From Yuukianura sp. NJ FZ-2021 (Eukaryota), in assembly GCA_046563655.1 (NCBI GenBank), contig CM102284.1, forward strand, positions 620,001 through 684,000: 64,000 nucleotides of DNA. The letters are read 5' to 3'. The translations under genes were made by a program, and so were the position numbers. Below the pieces are notes generated by a model, which saw only the letters and a program-made list of their open reading frames with translations, searched no databases and had not been told where the DNA came from. This document shows, piece by piece, positions 36,850 through 50,069 of the stretch (its first letter is position 1; each line of letters starts with the position of its first letter).

Positions 36850-38410
36850 ATGCTATACAACATGAAACTTAAAGCAAGAACACTTCGGGCAAAACTGAAA
36901 CTAAGCAATAAGGTATACTCATTCCGTGTATGCCAGGTAACATATTTGGATATTAACAAACTACATCTTAACTTACAAATATATCATATATATTCTATGT
37001 ATATAGTTATAGTAAGGTATAAATATACTTATCATATGATGATCATACCATGATTTATATAGTTAATTTCAGCAACGAGGAACCGCAGCGCCAACTATTG
37101 GTTGAATATCGTGTATACATGGGCAAAATTTTTGCACTGTGCTCCAGTTGAGTACAAATATGGACAAAATATGGCAGGAACACTTATAGTCAGCAACGAT
37201 AGCACAGCAAATATGGTATTTGGAATATGCTCAATATTTGTTGTAGGATGCTCTGCACTCTACTTGTACTACGAAGTATGTTTTGGAGTTACGACAAGAA
37301 TAGAAGCATTGCTTATCATTGGCGGCAACTGCATTTTCAACATGATGAATTTGACGCAGATTTGTATTTTGGTTCCGGCACTGCGTCGACGCGTACTCAA
37401 TATTACCAACGTCTCAATCAAAACGTGGTTTCGTATTTCGAATCGTATCCCGCGCTCCTTTGAATTTTTTTGTTTTATTTTGTGCTATACTTCGGTAAGT
37501 TATCCACTGTTGTATCTCCCTGGTATCTACTTTGTATCTTTTCAATTTCCCGGACTCTTCACATCACTTGAAAACGGACTGAAATATTTGGCTTACTTAA
37601 CTGCACAAAATGTGCCAAATATGCCTTATGCAACAGTGCTATTCTTTTCTACGCTCAAACTATGTACTTTCTCAGTAATTGCTATTGGTTTAGCCCGATC
37701 TGTTATTAATGCTATAATATTTACTCACTGGATAATCACCTACTTCTTCACCACAACGCAATGCCTTGAGGCGCTTAAAACCAGAAGGTATGTGACTCAA
37801 GCGTTTTGTCATAATTTTTTAATATATATATATATATAAATATCATATATGTATATTATATTTACTTATAAGAGATCAGATACGGCTAGCTGAAAGCTAT
37901 ATTTTTCAAATTTTCCTTTACAGCGATACGTTTTTCTGCAACGGTGCATATTTTTACTCGAAGTTGGGTTCCTACAGCACCGCAATGGAATATGTGAAGA
38001 TACGAGTAATTTCCCAGGAATACAGCCAGCTTATGGCTCTCATTTTAGCCATCTTTTTTGCCAATGGCTTATTCGGAATTGTCGTCTTGAGTTTTATTAT
38101 ACTTCGCGATATTCAACATCCTACAATGCTGATTGTCCCATTTGCTCTGGCAGATTCAGGTCTCATTATTGCTGCAAACTTTGCCATAACTTTCGCAACT
38201 GACATTTACATCAACTCAAATCAGCTGATTCAAAAGTTTACTATGCGCAGAAGAGTTAGGAGCAAATTGGATTCAAAGTTTTGGCGGGGAATGGCCCCTC
38301 TGCGCATCAAAGTTGGGAATATTTCTGCTTTTGAAGCGAGAGAATTCACGTTGTACATTTGGGGTCAAGTTGTCATTGTTGCTATCATTAACTTACTCAT
38401 TACATTTTAG
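36850..38410 (+). CDS. Gustatory-receptor-like chemoreceptor, copy 3 (3 exons)
   Basis: ORFs 37102-37839 and 37964-38410; same exon structure as copy 2. Confidence 0.7.
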
Positions 38411-38419
38411 CAATAAGGT

Positions 38420-38527
38420 ATACTGATATAATGATTACTGATGTACTGGTTACTGATATATTGAATACTGATATACTGATTACTGATATACTGAATACTG
38501 ATATACTGATATATGATATACTGATTG
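38420..38527. repeat. TACTGA/TATACTGA-based tandem repeat
   Basis: Directly visible. Confidence 0.8.
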
Positions 38528-39069
38528 GAAGACATGTTATTTAATAGCCCTTTAAAAAATTCTTGTCTGTCTTCCATTTTTTTAATGGTCAATCATTGAA
38601 CAAAATTTTTTGAAATTGCCTTTGTAAAAGTTTAAAAGAATGAAAATTTATTCAAAACGAACAATAGTTCTCAAATCATAAAAGAAAAACGTCACTTCGC
38701 AACTGGGCGCAAAAAGATGAACTGATTGAGCAAAATCGCGATGGGAAAAAGAATGAAATTTGTGTTTGTGGAATAGCAGTAAAAAACCTACGTTTTTGAG
38801 AACGGGGAAAATGCAAATGTGGTTCGTTTTTTTTCAAGAGATGTTTCATTAGAAAAATATTTGAAGCTCACTTTGATGTTTGTTTGTTCAACTGTTGGCT
38901 ACATCCTGTTCACAGGTTCATTTTGGATACAGCAGGTGAGGAAAGAGACGGTTTTGGAGATGTTTAGATCCAGAAGGAAAGAAAAAAGTAAAAAAAGGAA
39001 AGCAAAGTCAAGGAAGTTCAGCCAGTTGCTTTCACTCTGTCTTCCATGAAGCTATCAGAACAGCCAACA

Positions 39070-39330
39070 CGAAGTTTAGACCATACTAGACATATCGTTT
39101 GCAACAATAGTGACACCTATCAAAATTTTAAACCAATAGCAACACAGACAAACTTTAGCTGACCAATAGAAACATCTTGCAGGAAATTTTATAACCAATG
39201 TAGTAAGGGCATACAAAGTTTAGACCATTAGCACCATACGACACAAAGTTTAAACCAATAGCAGCATCAGATACAAAGTTTAGACCAATAGCAGTCTGGG
39301 ACTCAATGTTTAGACCAATAGCAGCAAACT
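39070..39330. repeat. Degenerate ~30-bp tandem repeat (AAAGTTTAGACCAATAGCAGCA core)
   Basis: Core recurs at ~30-bp spacing, e.g. 39216, 39246, 39276, 39306. Confidence 0.75.
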
Positions 39331-40282
39331 TCTGTACTTGTAAATTAAATATCTCGTTTCTACCACCTTCTGCAACTAACCTTTTAATTGGTAAGTTGTG
39401 CACTAACTTCCTTAAATTTTTTCTGTCCAATTTTTTTTATATTCTACTTCCTGTGGTGCCAAAATTTAAAAATTTCATTACACTTTTCTTCTACCACTTA
39501 AAATTATTGTACTCAAGAAGGCCGTTTGTCGCCTCGTAAAATTCACGACTTTCTCCACTTTCAAAAATCCCGTTTAAATCTCCTTTCCAGCTTTTTCTTC
39601 TCTTTTTTTTTAATTTTTTGTGACTTTATCCCACTGAATCCACTTGGTTATTTTCTTAAGCCAAAGTTTTAGTGCCTCGGAAGAGCAATAATTCCGAGTG
39701 GTTCTAATGGATTGACTTCAATTAAATTTAGAATGAGCAACACGGAGGACACAAACGGACCGAAAAGAAGCCATTTCTGCCTCTCCACAAAAACTACCGC
39801 CAAGATTTAGAAAAAACAAGATTCAAATCTAATTGTGCCCCACTGCTGTGTGCTTTCCAGTTTATTTTATTTTGTGTGCTGCAAAAAAGTAAAGTGAAAG
39901 TTGCTGTTTGGCGGGAGACTTGGATTTTAATCAAATCCGGACTTAGACAGTTGCACAGCGCCAGTCCTTAAGTGCTTCCTCGTGTCATAGCAACGGACAG
40001 TCACTTCTACACCCGCCAGAGTCAAAAACATTTTGAAAAATAAGTGGCGGGTACTTCAAAACATCATCAACAGTGCAAAGTTAGCGTAGGATTTTGAAAG
40101 TGGACAAAAGTGACTTCTATAAAGCCAAAAACTGTTGCACAAAATTTAAAATCTTCACTCTAAAAAAAATGAAATTTGGACACTTTGGAATGAATTTAAA
40201 TTGTAAAATGTTCAAAGCAATTTGAAAATTCTTCAAAGCGGTTCGCTGGTTTTTCAAATTTGAATTTGAAAAATTCAATTTG

Positions 40283-43200
40283 ATGAGAATGTCGCCTTTT
40301 GCTACCAAAAATTTGACTCCTGTGACAGGTAATAATTCAATATTAAAGAGTAAAAATACAACGAAAAAACTAAAAAGACTAAAATCTGACCTAAAACTGG
40401 ATCATGCCACTTAAAATAACATTAACAATCCAAATGGACGATTTCATTCTAATTCATAAATTTTTGTAGGACGAGTTGAGGTTGCATTTTGATTTTTGAA
40501 AAACCAAACTCGAAAAATATTCATAAGAAAGCAGTCAAAGTGTGCAAAATAAAACAAGGTGTTGTGGAGGGATATTTGAATTTATGTTCTAGATTCATTC
40601 GACTATAATTGTTTTTTTGCCGACAGTTGGAATCGATCCAGCGGCCTTTTTCACATATGTTGACAATTACTTTCAGAAAAAGTATTTGGAGCAATATGTC
40701 ACTTTCCTGTCACTAAAAATTTGACTCTTGCTACAGGCGACTCCAAATTATAAATGTCCATGAACTCGTTTTTTTATTTTTGGCATGAAATTTCTGAAGT
40801 TTGTGCCAAACACATTTTTTTAATTAATTTTTAATTAATATCAAAATCATTAAATTTTGTTTTCATTTGCGTAGGTGTTGAATTTATTGATTGATTTCAA
40901 TTTGAATACCGAATCACAACAAGAATTAAATTATTACATCAATTTTTTAAAATGAATTTCTTCTTAAAATTGCCAATTCTTAAATTATCGGAGACCTGCA
41001 ATATTTAAAGTATTATATATTTATTTATATATTATAAATTTATTATACATTTAAATAATTATTATGGTAGTATGTATTACTAAATAAACTTACGGATTTA
41101 GTAGTTGGGTGTTCAAGTACTTTTACGTACATTTCGCACCTAAGTTCACACTTCAGCAACTTTACGCCTTCTGCATTTGGAACTTTTTCTGCACTGTGTG
41201 TCTCCGTTGGCATTCAGCACACAGACGGATCCATGGCAACAGTCGCCTCCTTTGCAACCTTCCTTGTCCTTCGCAAGGCAATCCTCAGGCTAAACATTTT
41301 TCAAAATCAAAATCATTTTGTAAAAATTTAAGCAAATGTTAATGTTACTTACACCAGGGGTGCCTTCGACGCCAAACCCGCATTGCATTATTGCAATCAC
41401 AACAATCGCAAATACGACAAGGAATCTGAAAAAAATGGAAAATTTTAACTTCTTCAAAATTATTTCTTCTTTTGAGAATTTTTACTCGAAAAGAGGAATA
41501 AAAGTTGAGCTTGCCTCATTTTGACAGTAGTTTGGTCTGGATGAAGTGAAGAATAGGCTTTTCAGTAGACGTTTTTACCAATCGACTGACGACTAAAAAT
41601 TCAAAGAGGAGACTATAAAGGCTAAAATCTGACCTAAAAGTGGATCAAGACACGTAGCTTAACCTAACAATTTGTAATAGCGTTGTTCTAACTTATGAAT
41701 TTTAGTGGGACGTTTTGAGGTTGAATTTTGATTTTCAAAGGAAAAAAAAATTGGCAAAAGAAGGACTCGCAACGATTGACAGTTCTGAGCTGGTGATAAA
41801 AAAAAGACAGAACAAAGTTTTAAAAATTTTTCTTTGAAAAATTCAAAATGGAATAAAAAATGAAACAACTGAGAGTAGGAAGTTTCGGGAATTGTACAAA
41901 TTTTGAAACAAAAGTAAGCAAAACCAAGAGCAAGAACGCGGATGTTGTTGAGGGACATTTGAGTTTTATTTATGTAGTATGTTCTAAGGTCACGCAACTA
42001 TAATTTTTTTTTTGCCGACAGTTGGAATCGATCCAGCGGCCTGTCTCACATATGTTGACGATTACTTTGAGAAAAAGAATGTGCAGCAATATGTCACTTC
42101 CTTTAGTTTTTCATGTCATTCCCAATCAGATTCAAGTTTAGCGCCAAAATTCTTAAGCTTATTACTATCAATTTTTTTCAAAAATCTCTTTTTCCTTGGT
42201 TTTTACTTTTGCTGAGTTCATCTTCTGTTTTTTAAAATTTCATTTTGAAGTATGATGTCGCTGGATGAGCAGAAAATTTTGAGAATTTTCATTTTTGAAA
42301 ACCTCTGCAGCCACCTAAACAAATTTTGTGTAGCAGGAAGTCAAAATTTGGCGTTCTTCCTGCCAAAACGGAAATTCAAACAGGTTGCTCAATTTTTTTG
42401 TTTCTCTAAGGTTCCAGGAGTGACTTTTTGCTTCTAAGGCGTGACGACAGTCTTCCACTTTATGAAGAAGAGGATTCGACCTATGCTCAGGACTTTGATC
42501 AAGGTCATGACTTAGGTCAAAGTCAAGGTCAAGGTCAAGGTCAAGGTCATGTGACCCCCGAGGGGTCAAGTGGCCATGATGTGCTGGTCAAGGGAGAAGA
42601 AGTTGTCATCGTCCTCATTCTTATTCTGCTGTGGATTGGTGCCATTGCACTGTTTTTTAATCGCTGGGGCAAAATAAGAATGCTGGAACCGTACCAACCC
42701 AAATTCTGTGAAGCCCATAGAGCCTCATGTCCCATAGCTTCAGATGTCGCAACTCTACAACACTTCCCGGTAAGATTTATGGCGCGAAAATTCAAAATTT
42801 TAAACTTCAAAATCGACTTTTTTTAATTTCTCTTCTTTACATGAAATAAATTGCACAGCAACTTCGAAAAAAAAAATTTTTTTAACTAATTATATCATCC
42901 AATTAAAATAATTTAAGAGCCGAAAAACTGCGTTACATAAAAAAAACTGTTGAATTCTAAATATAGTAGAAAAACAACTGCCGAAAGGTATACAATCCAA
43001 ATAACGATTTCAGACGTATGATTTTGGTAAAATTTTGAAAAATTTTTGAATCTCGTGCTACAGAGTTTTTATGGAGAAAAATTTTCCATTTTTATATTTC
43101 GCATCGAGATATAAAAAATTCTCGCTTTTTGAACCCCAATGAACGGAATTTCACATTTCATGCAATTGAGTTAGTACCTTTGCCATTAAATTTTGTAGTT

Positions 43201-45075
43201 CCGTTTTTCAAATTTAAAAATTCTAAAAATAAATCTTTGTGAAAAGTGAAATACGGCTTTGAGCGTAAGGTGGAAAAGTCTCTAGAGTTTTTGAAAAGTC
43301 ACTTCGAATTGAAAATGTAATCATTTTATTCTCATTTTTTGAAAACACTTTGGTATCATGATCCCACTTCACCTAAAGTGCTACACACTAAATTTTAATC
43401 TTCTTTTTTGAAAAAACTTTTTTCAAAATTTCTTGGAAGCGGTGATGCCTTTGTTTACTTCTTTCGTGTTTCTTTTTCACTTTTTCAGAGTGGTGAGAAA
43501 TGGCTGGTGGAATAATTTAGAAGTAAATATTTATAAGATGTTTGTGAAAAAAGCGAAACCGAGAGCGGGAATTCTGTTTAGAAATTTTTTTCTAAAAGGT
43601 TTAAGCACTTTCCAACTCTCTGTGGAATACAAGAAGCTCTTTCAGGAAGGCACAAGTTATGTTAAAATCTAAAACCTAAAAAACTTAACCTAACGAAGGC
43701 TTAGCCTAACGAGAACCTCAACCTAACAAGACAACCTTCGTTAGGTTGGAAACCTAAAAATCCATGTTTCACTTTTTACGATTTTGACTTTGAAATGTAG
43801 AGCCACAAAGTTCCTTTGGTAAATGAACTGGAGAAAGCTTTTTTTTTACTTTTGAATTTTCTCAAGACACTGCGCGCTTTTTCAAGTCTTTGATTTTTTC
43901 TCCTCGCTTTTTTGGCTTTCCCGGGAAATGGTTTTCAATTAAATATTCAAGGCAGGAAAAATCTTTGTAAACTTTGTTAGTGGTTTTACTAAAAAAAGAT
44001 GAAAGGCTCACTTTCTATAAACTTTGTCTAAAAAATAAACTTTTTTTACTTCCAAACTGAAAAGAGCTCTTAGGAATCAAAATTCAAAATTTTGAACATC
44101 CTCGCCTCGTGTTTTGTTTAAAAACGAGTCTTTTGTGAAGTGAAAACCTTCATTTTCAAAAAGACAAAAGACTTCATTTGCTAAAAGATCAAAACCTCTC
44201 AAAAATTTTCTATTCCTGGAGCAAAAAAATTGAAGAGAGATTCAGGAATTTTTAAATTATGAAAATTCCTGCGACAGAAAATGAAAAAAAAACCTCTACT
44301 TTTCACTCGCTTTGGATTTTCTTTTAAATAATTTGAAAAGTGTAAAGTTCAAGCACAAAAAATGTCAAAACAGGTTAACAGGAATCATTTTTGATGTTTC
44401 GGAAATTCAAAATTTTGAAATTGAATTTTCAAACTTGTTTTCAACATTGCGGTTATTGGTGCATAAAGTAAGTTTGCTAAAGGCAAACATTTTGTGTTTA
44501 TTTAGTGGCTGTTTTTCCAAAATGGTGGCTAAAGCAGAAGCATCACATCTTTTCAAAATGTTATTTGCAAAACAGAAAATGAAATTTTGAATTCCAATTT
44601 CGAAAATACATAATCCATTTTATATTGTGTAAGACTCTACTTTCAACAGGCATTTTGAACATAAAACATTTTTTCAAGTTTTTCAGAATTTCGAAAAGTG
44701 ACTTTTTTTTCTTTCCAGCGGTCTTTTTCAAAGTTTAACTTGTCGACGACTGGAGAAGTGTCTCCGCACTTTGCCAAATGCACATACCTCGGCGTCCCAC
44801 CGAGTTCAAATGGTCATGGTGGGTCCGGTGGGGCCTTGCACGGTGGGACTCCCTTCCTCACGACTTCCGCACTCATTGCCTCTCCTTCCAGACCAAGACA
44901 AAATTCCGTTTTTGTGACTTCCGCTCACTCAGCCTCCACTGCTGCAAATGCAATCAAGTTGAAGCCTAACACGAGAAAAGCCAAATCAGCAATCGACTTG
45001 TCTTCGCTTGTTCTCTCAGAAGAATTCTTCGAAAGCGTACGCAGGAATTCCAAGAATTCAGTCACGCAACTCTAA
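40283..45075 (+). CDS. Single-pass membrane protein with an FNDC4/5-like TM segment (exons ~40283-40328, 42411-42768, 44719-45075)
   Basis: GEEVVIVLILILLWIGAIALFFNRWGKIRMLEPYQPKF TM/juxtamembrane motif; cytoplasmic RPRQNSVFV and RKAKSA. The first exon is inferred from a phase-1 match and is less certain. Confidence 0.6.
41146..41519 (-). CDS. Small secreted knottin (ICK-like) peptide nested antisense in an intron; first intron GC-AG
   Basis: Exons 41519-41515, 41425-41353 and 41289-41146 give MRFLVVFAIVVIAIMQCGFGVEGTPGPEDCLAKDKEGCKGGDCCHGSVCVLNANGDTQCRKSSKCRRRKVAEV*. Confidence 0.75.
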
Positions 45076-45944
45076 CGCTAAAATATGCACTACGACAAAA
45101 AAAAAGTCAGCGGACCTGTAAGTCCTTCGATTTCTCAAAAATTTGCAGACCCAGTTGCTGTTGACCTAATTGACGTCAATTTATAAACGACAACTTTACA
45201 TATCCCGTTAAATTTTTGTGTATTTTTTCCATAGATATAACGTCCGTCTACTGCCTGTTGTCCCTCGCCATGAAAAGTTGTCAATACGTGGTTACGATGG
45301 TTACGACGGACACCGTAACGATATGCATGGTTACCATGGTTACGCCTTTCTCCTTTGTCTGGCCTTGAGGGAAAACTGAAATTGAGCTCTTATTATTCTT
45401 GTCTCGACTTTGTTCTGTGTGCTACCTTCGTCCTTTGTAATGAAACACGGGCAGATATGGAAAATGGAAACAGATCTTCTGGGATTTCAAAAACTATTTT
45501 CTCTATTCTACAAAATTCTGAAAGAGAGTTCTAGATTTCAAAAAAATCTTTTCCTCGTTAGGAAGTTTCCCTTTGGCAACTTTTTCATCATTTTTATTCA
45601 AAATCTGAAAAGATTTGGTCTTTTGACAAAGAAAAGTAAGAAAACTTGTTGCTTTTTCCACGTCTTCTGCCTTTCAAAATGGGAACAAGCATAAGGATCC
45701 GTTGAGAAAGACGAAAAGAAAGCAGGAAAGTTTCAAAAAACTTTTTTCCTTTGTTATAATTCCAACTTTGAAAAATCACTTTTCATCTTTCCTTTCTCAT
45801 TCTTTCAAAAACTTTTGAAAAATAAATCAGGGAAAAGAGTATGACTGTAAAAGAGCTTGAAAAAAGCGACCCTCTAAATTTTTCTTTTGTGGAAATGATT
45901 TTGAAATATAGTTCTTTTTTATTAATTTTTTTCACATCAATACG

Positions 45945-46210
45945 TCAATTTTTTTGAAATTTTTAAAACACCAAGTGTACAGTTGATGAGTGACTTCAGT
46001 TGGTTCAAAATCTAAACTTCGTTTGATAGTTCTGTTTGACACTGCAGAGACATATAGCTTTAGAAAATATAAACTGTCATGCAAATTGTTTATTGAAAAT
46101 GCTGACAAAGGCAAAACTGAAATTTGAGCCGACTTTTGTCATTCGTCATTTGACTCCCTTTGTTTCTTCTTTCTGTCAATCAACATCTTCATAAAAGAGT
46201 TTTTGAGTCT
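45945..46210 (+). repeat. ~270-bp dispersed repeat, second copy at ~52625-52897
   Basis: Shared blocks AGTTGGTTCAAAATCTAAACTT, GAAAATGCTGACAAAG and CGTCATTTGACTCCCTTTGTTTCTTCTTT in the same order and orientation. Confidence 0.85.
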
Positions 46211-46224
46211 AGGATATGGTAGCA

Positions 46225-46330
46225 CGCCATTGTATCAATTGAATTGTATCAACTGCCATTGCATCAACTGAATTGGGTCAACCAGAATTGTATCAACTGG
46301 TCAATTGTATCAACAACTAATTGTGTCAAG
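46225..46330. repeat. ATTGTATCAACTG-type short tandem repeat
   Basis: Directly visible. Confidence 0.75.
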
Positions 46331-46392
46331 ACTTACCCCTTGTTTTAAACAAGCGTTTAAAACGTTTAAAACAGCATGTTTAAAACGTCCGT

Positions 46393-49384
46393 TTAAAACA
46401 AGGATACCCTGCTTCTCAATGAGTTCCCGAAGTAGATTGCTAGTTCAACTGCGAATATTAAAGTGCAGATTGCAATAGCAATTACATCCAAAATAAAAAT
46501 TGAGACAAGGTTCGACTTTAGCGAAATTGGTTTTGGACCAGGACGCATATTTTGATGATTCAAGATCAGTTTTTGGGATTCACTTGGAATGTAACGTGCA
46601 CTCCATCTGTGCCAAAGTTGGTGTATTCCACTATGTATTACAATTTGAGTTTGACGGTACAAACGTTTCATATGGCTCCAACTACAACTGATGTAACCAA
46701 AGTCAAAAGTAAAACCAAAAACATTTGGGAAAACACGTTCAGAACCTGCCAAATACTGAGCGTTGGTTTGATCCTTGTCTTCATTCAAGTTGGCAAAGAT
46801 CTCGAACCCACGTACCTTTGTTTCATCGTCAACAAATGCAATTCGACTACTGTTTTGAATCGAAACATAAATTTGTTCCAGAGGAACTCGACGTGCGGTA
46901 TATATGTGGTAGGGCCAGAAGCAAATGTATATATTTTGAAAATTGTACTTTGTGGTGTTTGTACCAGGCGTGTTCTGTTGGAAAGTAGTAACTGCAATTA
47001 AATTATCTTCATGAAAAAGACAGCTGCGAAGCCCGTAATCGCGATTGCATATCTCATCAGTGTTCTGCAACGGTAGCCAATTTTTATTTAACCCTAAGCT
47101 TTCCATTCTTCTGTATAGTGCATCACAGTAGTTGGCACCCACTTTCCGAGAACATTGTTCGCTTATCATTCTCACCTCCAAGCATTGACAGTACCTGTAA
47201 AAATAGGTTGACAAATGGAGTATATTAATTAAGTAGAATTTATTCTTGATGCAATCATAAAGGCTAAGTCTAAACATATTCCACATAAGTAAGATGTTAA
47301 TTCGCACTATACCATATACAGTGCGCCCCAGCTAAAAGAGTACACCCTAAATTGTATAATTTCGCAACTGTGGAGGGAGAACCAGTGAAATTGCGCCATT
47401 TGCAAATATTCCATATAAGAGTTAACTAAATTTTCACTTTAGGTTTACAACTAGTTTCTATCTTATATCGCTTACGCTTATTACTCTTATTTGGTTTACT
47501 TTTACCTGAAGTCGCCGACATTTGTCAAATTGAACAGTTTTTCGTTTTGTCGCTTATTTTCAGACTTAAGGTGGTAGTAGATAGTAGGTCCATATATTAT
47601 GAATCCCTTTAACTCATGTAGTGCATTCCATCGATTTGTCCATGGTGGAGGTACAACCAAGTCAGTAACAATGACCCCTCTGTATCCCTCTGTCAGGATC
47701 ACAACCAGTAGAAACCATGCACTGATTGTAAGAACTGTCGTCACTTTTCGTTGAGTTGTAAAATATGCTATATCCAGAGAGTATCCCACTCCAAGTAAAT
47801 TTGATACACATGCCATGAACATAAGTTGAAACATTTTGATTGCACTGACAGTTCCATAATACAGTGCAAAAAGTGCCAGGGTTGCTGGAATTGCAACTAC
47901 AACGGCTAGAATTGCTAGCCAAGTGAAGCCTCCATAAGGATATGTGTACACTTTGTACGAACTGCGACGCTCCACTCCATTCTTAGTAACAATTGCCAGT
48001 TGACTTGCATACGTTGGAATAAATTCCGTTCTGCCACTGTCTCCTGTGTCCAAAACTGCATTATAAGTATCATAGTCAATACTTAGGATTTTGATCAACT
48101 CAAGTCCAATGGATTCAAGTTCAGCCGGAGTATCGAGTTCTTTTGGAATCCAAAGTTCTAGTGAATTCGTAATAATAACTTCTTGAAGTTTCCGTCGTAG
48201 CAGAAAATCAGTCTCGTATTTCCTTTCCCAATTTACCGATTTTACGAATTTTGTCATTAATTTTATGTTCAATAAGGCAGATAGAGAGAAAATTTTGTGA
48301 TTGACTTGAGTACAGTTGTGTTGAGGCAAGTTCCAAAAGCCATTTGCGATGACGGGAGAACCACGGTTCCTTGACAAACGTAATAACAACAAATTGTATT
48401 TCCTACAACAGGTTGTCCATTACCTCGGAGTTTTCACAAATCTTGCTTTAAACAACTCCCCCCCTCCCCCCATTCCAATTCCTTTACATGCAAATAATTA
48501 CCATAGAAAAAAAGTTTTTCAAATTCGTTAATTTTTTAATTTTTTTTAACAAAATGAAAAACATCGAGTTATTGGACAACCTGGTGTAGAATAAACAATT
48601 TGAAATCTACAAATTTTTTAAGTATACTAAACAATTTTGTTTGTTTGTTTACGAACCTTGGGGCAGAATGGTGTTCCGGAGTAAAAATGATTACTTTTCC
48701 GCCATTTGTGTACTTGTTCAATTCAGAAATAAAACAATCCGTAATATTTATATTCACAGAACAGTTTAAACGTACCAAGGTCCACAGTTGATTTGTAAAC
48801 GGGGTTAACATTACTTCATTTTTAAATGTCTCTACAACTGAAACCTCGATGATAATGTTGTTTTGAACAGGCATTATGTTAAAAAGATCATAATCTGTAC
48901 CGTCATACTTCTCACAATGGGTAGCATCGTTTACAATCGGAACGAAGAAATCTGTTCCATCGCTGAATGGAAACAAGAATTTCCACTTCTTCAGCCAATA
49001 CGAACAACTATTCCATTTGGGCTGACGACGAGATGGCAAGGTTTTGTTCGAACTGCACTCGACTTCAATCAGTTTAGACGGTTCGGGAAGAATTACAAAA
49101 TATGCAACACAATATAAATATTTCATGGGTTTCAGTTTCCAAAATGGCGTTGTGGTGGTAATAATCTGCATGTAGGTTTCAAATGAAAGTTTCAATTCTT
49201 GTATAGCTATGGGCGTGGTTGGAGTGGAGTACTCAATTTCCAAGTCCTTGGCATGATACACAAACTTCCAGCAGTGTTCGAATGCAGTCAGAGGGAAATC
49301 ATCTAAACGTATTCTAGTCAACGAAGATGTTGTGTTAAAAAATACTGACCAAACTAAAACCAACAATGTTTCATGTCTAACCAT
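46393..49384 (-). CDS. Divergent ionotropic-receptor-like (IR) membrane protein, ~3 exons; exon 1/2 junction uncertain
   Basis: Signal MVRHETLLVLVWSVFF, M1 (YPYGGFTWLAILAVVV), M3 (AWFLLVVILTEGYRGVIVTDLVVP), S2 end (IHSGIHQLW) and M4 after PKPISLKSNLVSIF. Confidence 0.65.
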
Positions 49385-50069
49385 TTTGTATTTTTTTAAT
49401 GCCGCAACAATGTGAAAGCGTATTGTTTCTTTTTTTTTTCTTTTTTTTTGTAAGGAGTTCAAAATGTATTCTGACTGCAAATACTTTGATCGTGACTTGA
49501 AATGTGAAATACGAACATTTAAAAATTTCATCCAGCTTCTTCAAATTCAAAAAACACGACACGTATAGCGTGACATGGAAAATGGAAAATATTTTATCCA
49601 TTGTAGTCATTGAGAATACTCGAGTTAACGGCATAGAGACCGTCGTATACTCAAATCCAATGGACATTTATTAAACTTTAAACAAAAAAAAAATTAACAG
49701 CTAAGAAAATAGTAAAAATCCAAGGTTCATTGACAACCTTTTCCTTTTCCTTAACAGGTTGCGTAATACCTCCGCTGTTTACCAAGAAAAAAATGGAAAT
49801 AACAAAAATCTGAGTACCACTGGTACCAACTTAAAAAAAATCAAATTATTGGTATCAATTCGGATGCAAAGTTTTTAAAAATCGCTTATATTATTTGTGG
49901 TTACTATACCCTAAAATGGTACTTAACTTTTTTGTCAAATCAAAAAAAAAAGCATGAGTTATTACGCAATCTGTTAAGGAAAATTAGATCAACAAACCTT
50001 GGTAAAAATCCATCCGAATAATTAATTTGTTTTCCACAAAGTGGATTACATTAACTCTTAACTTTTAAT

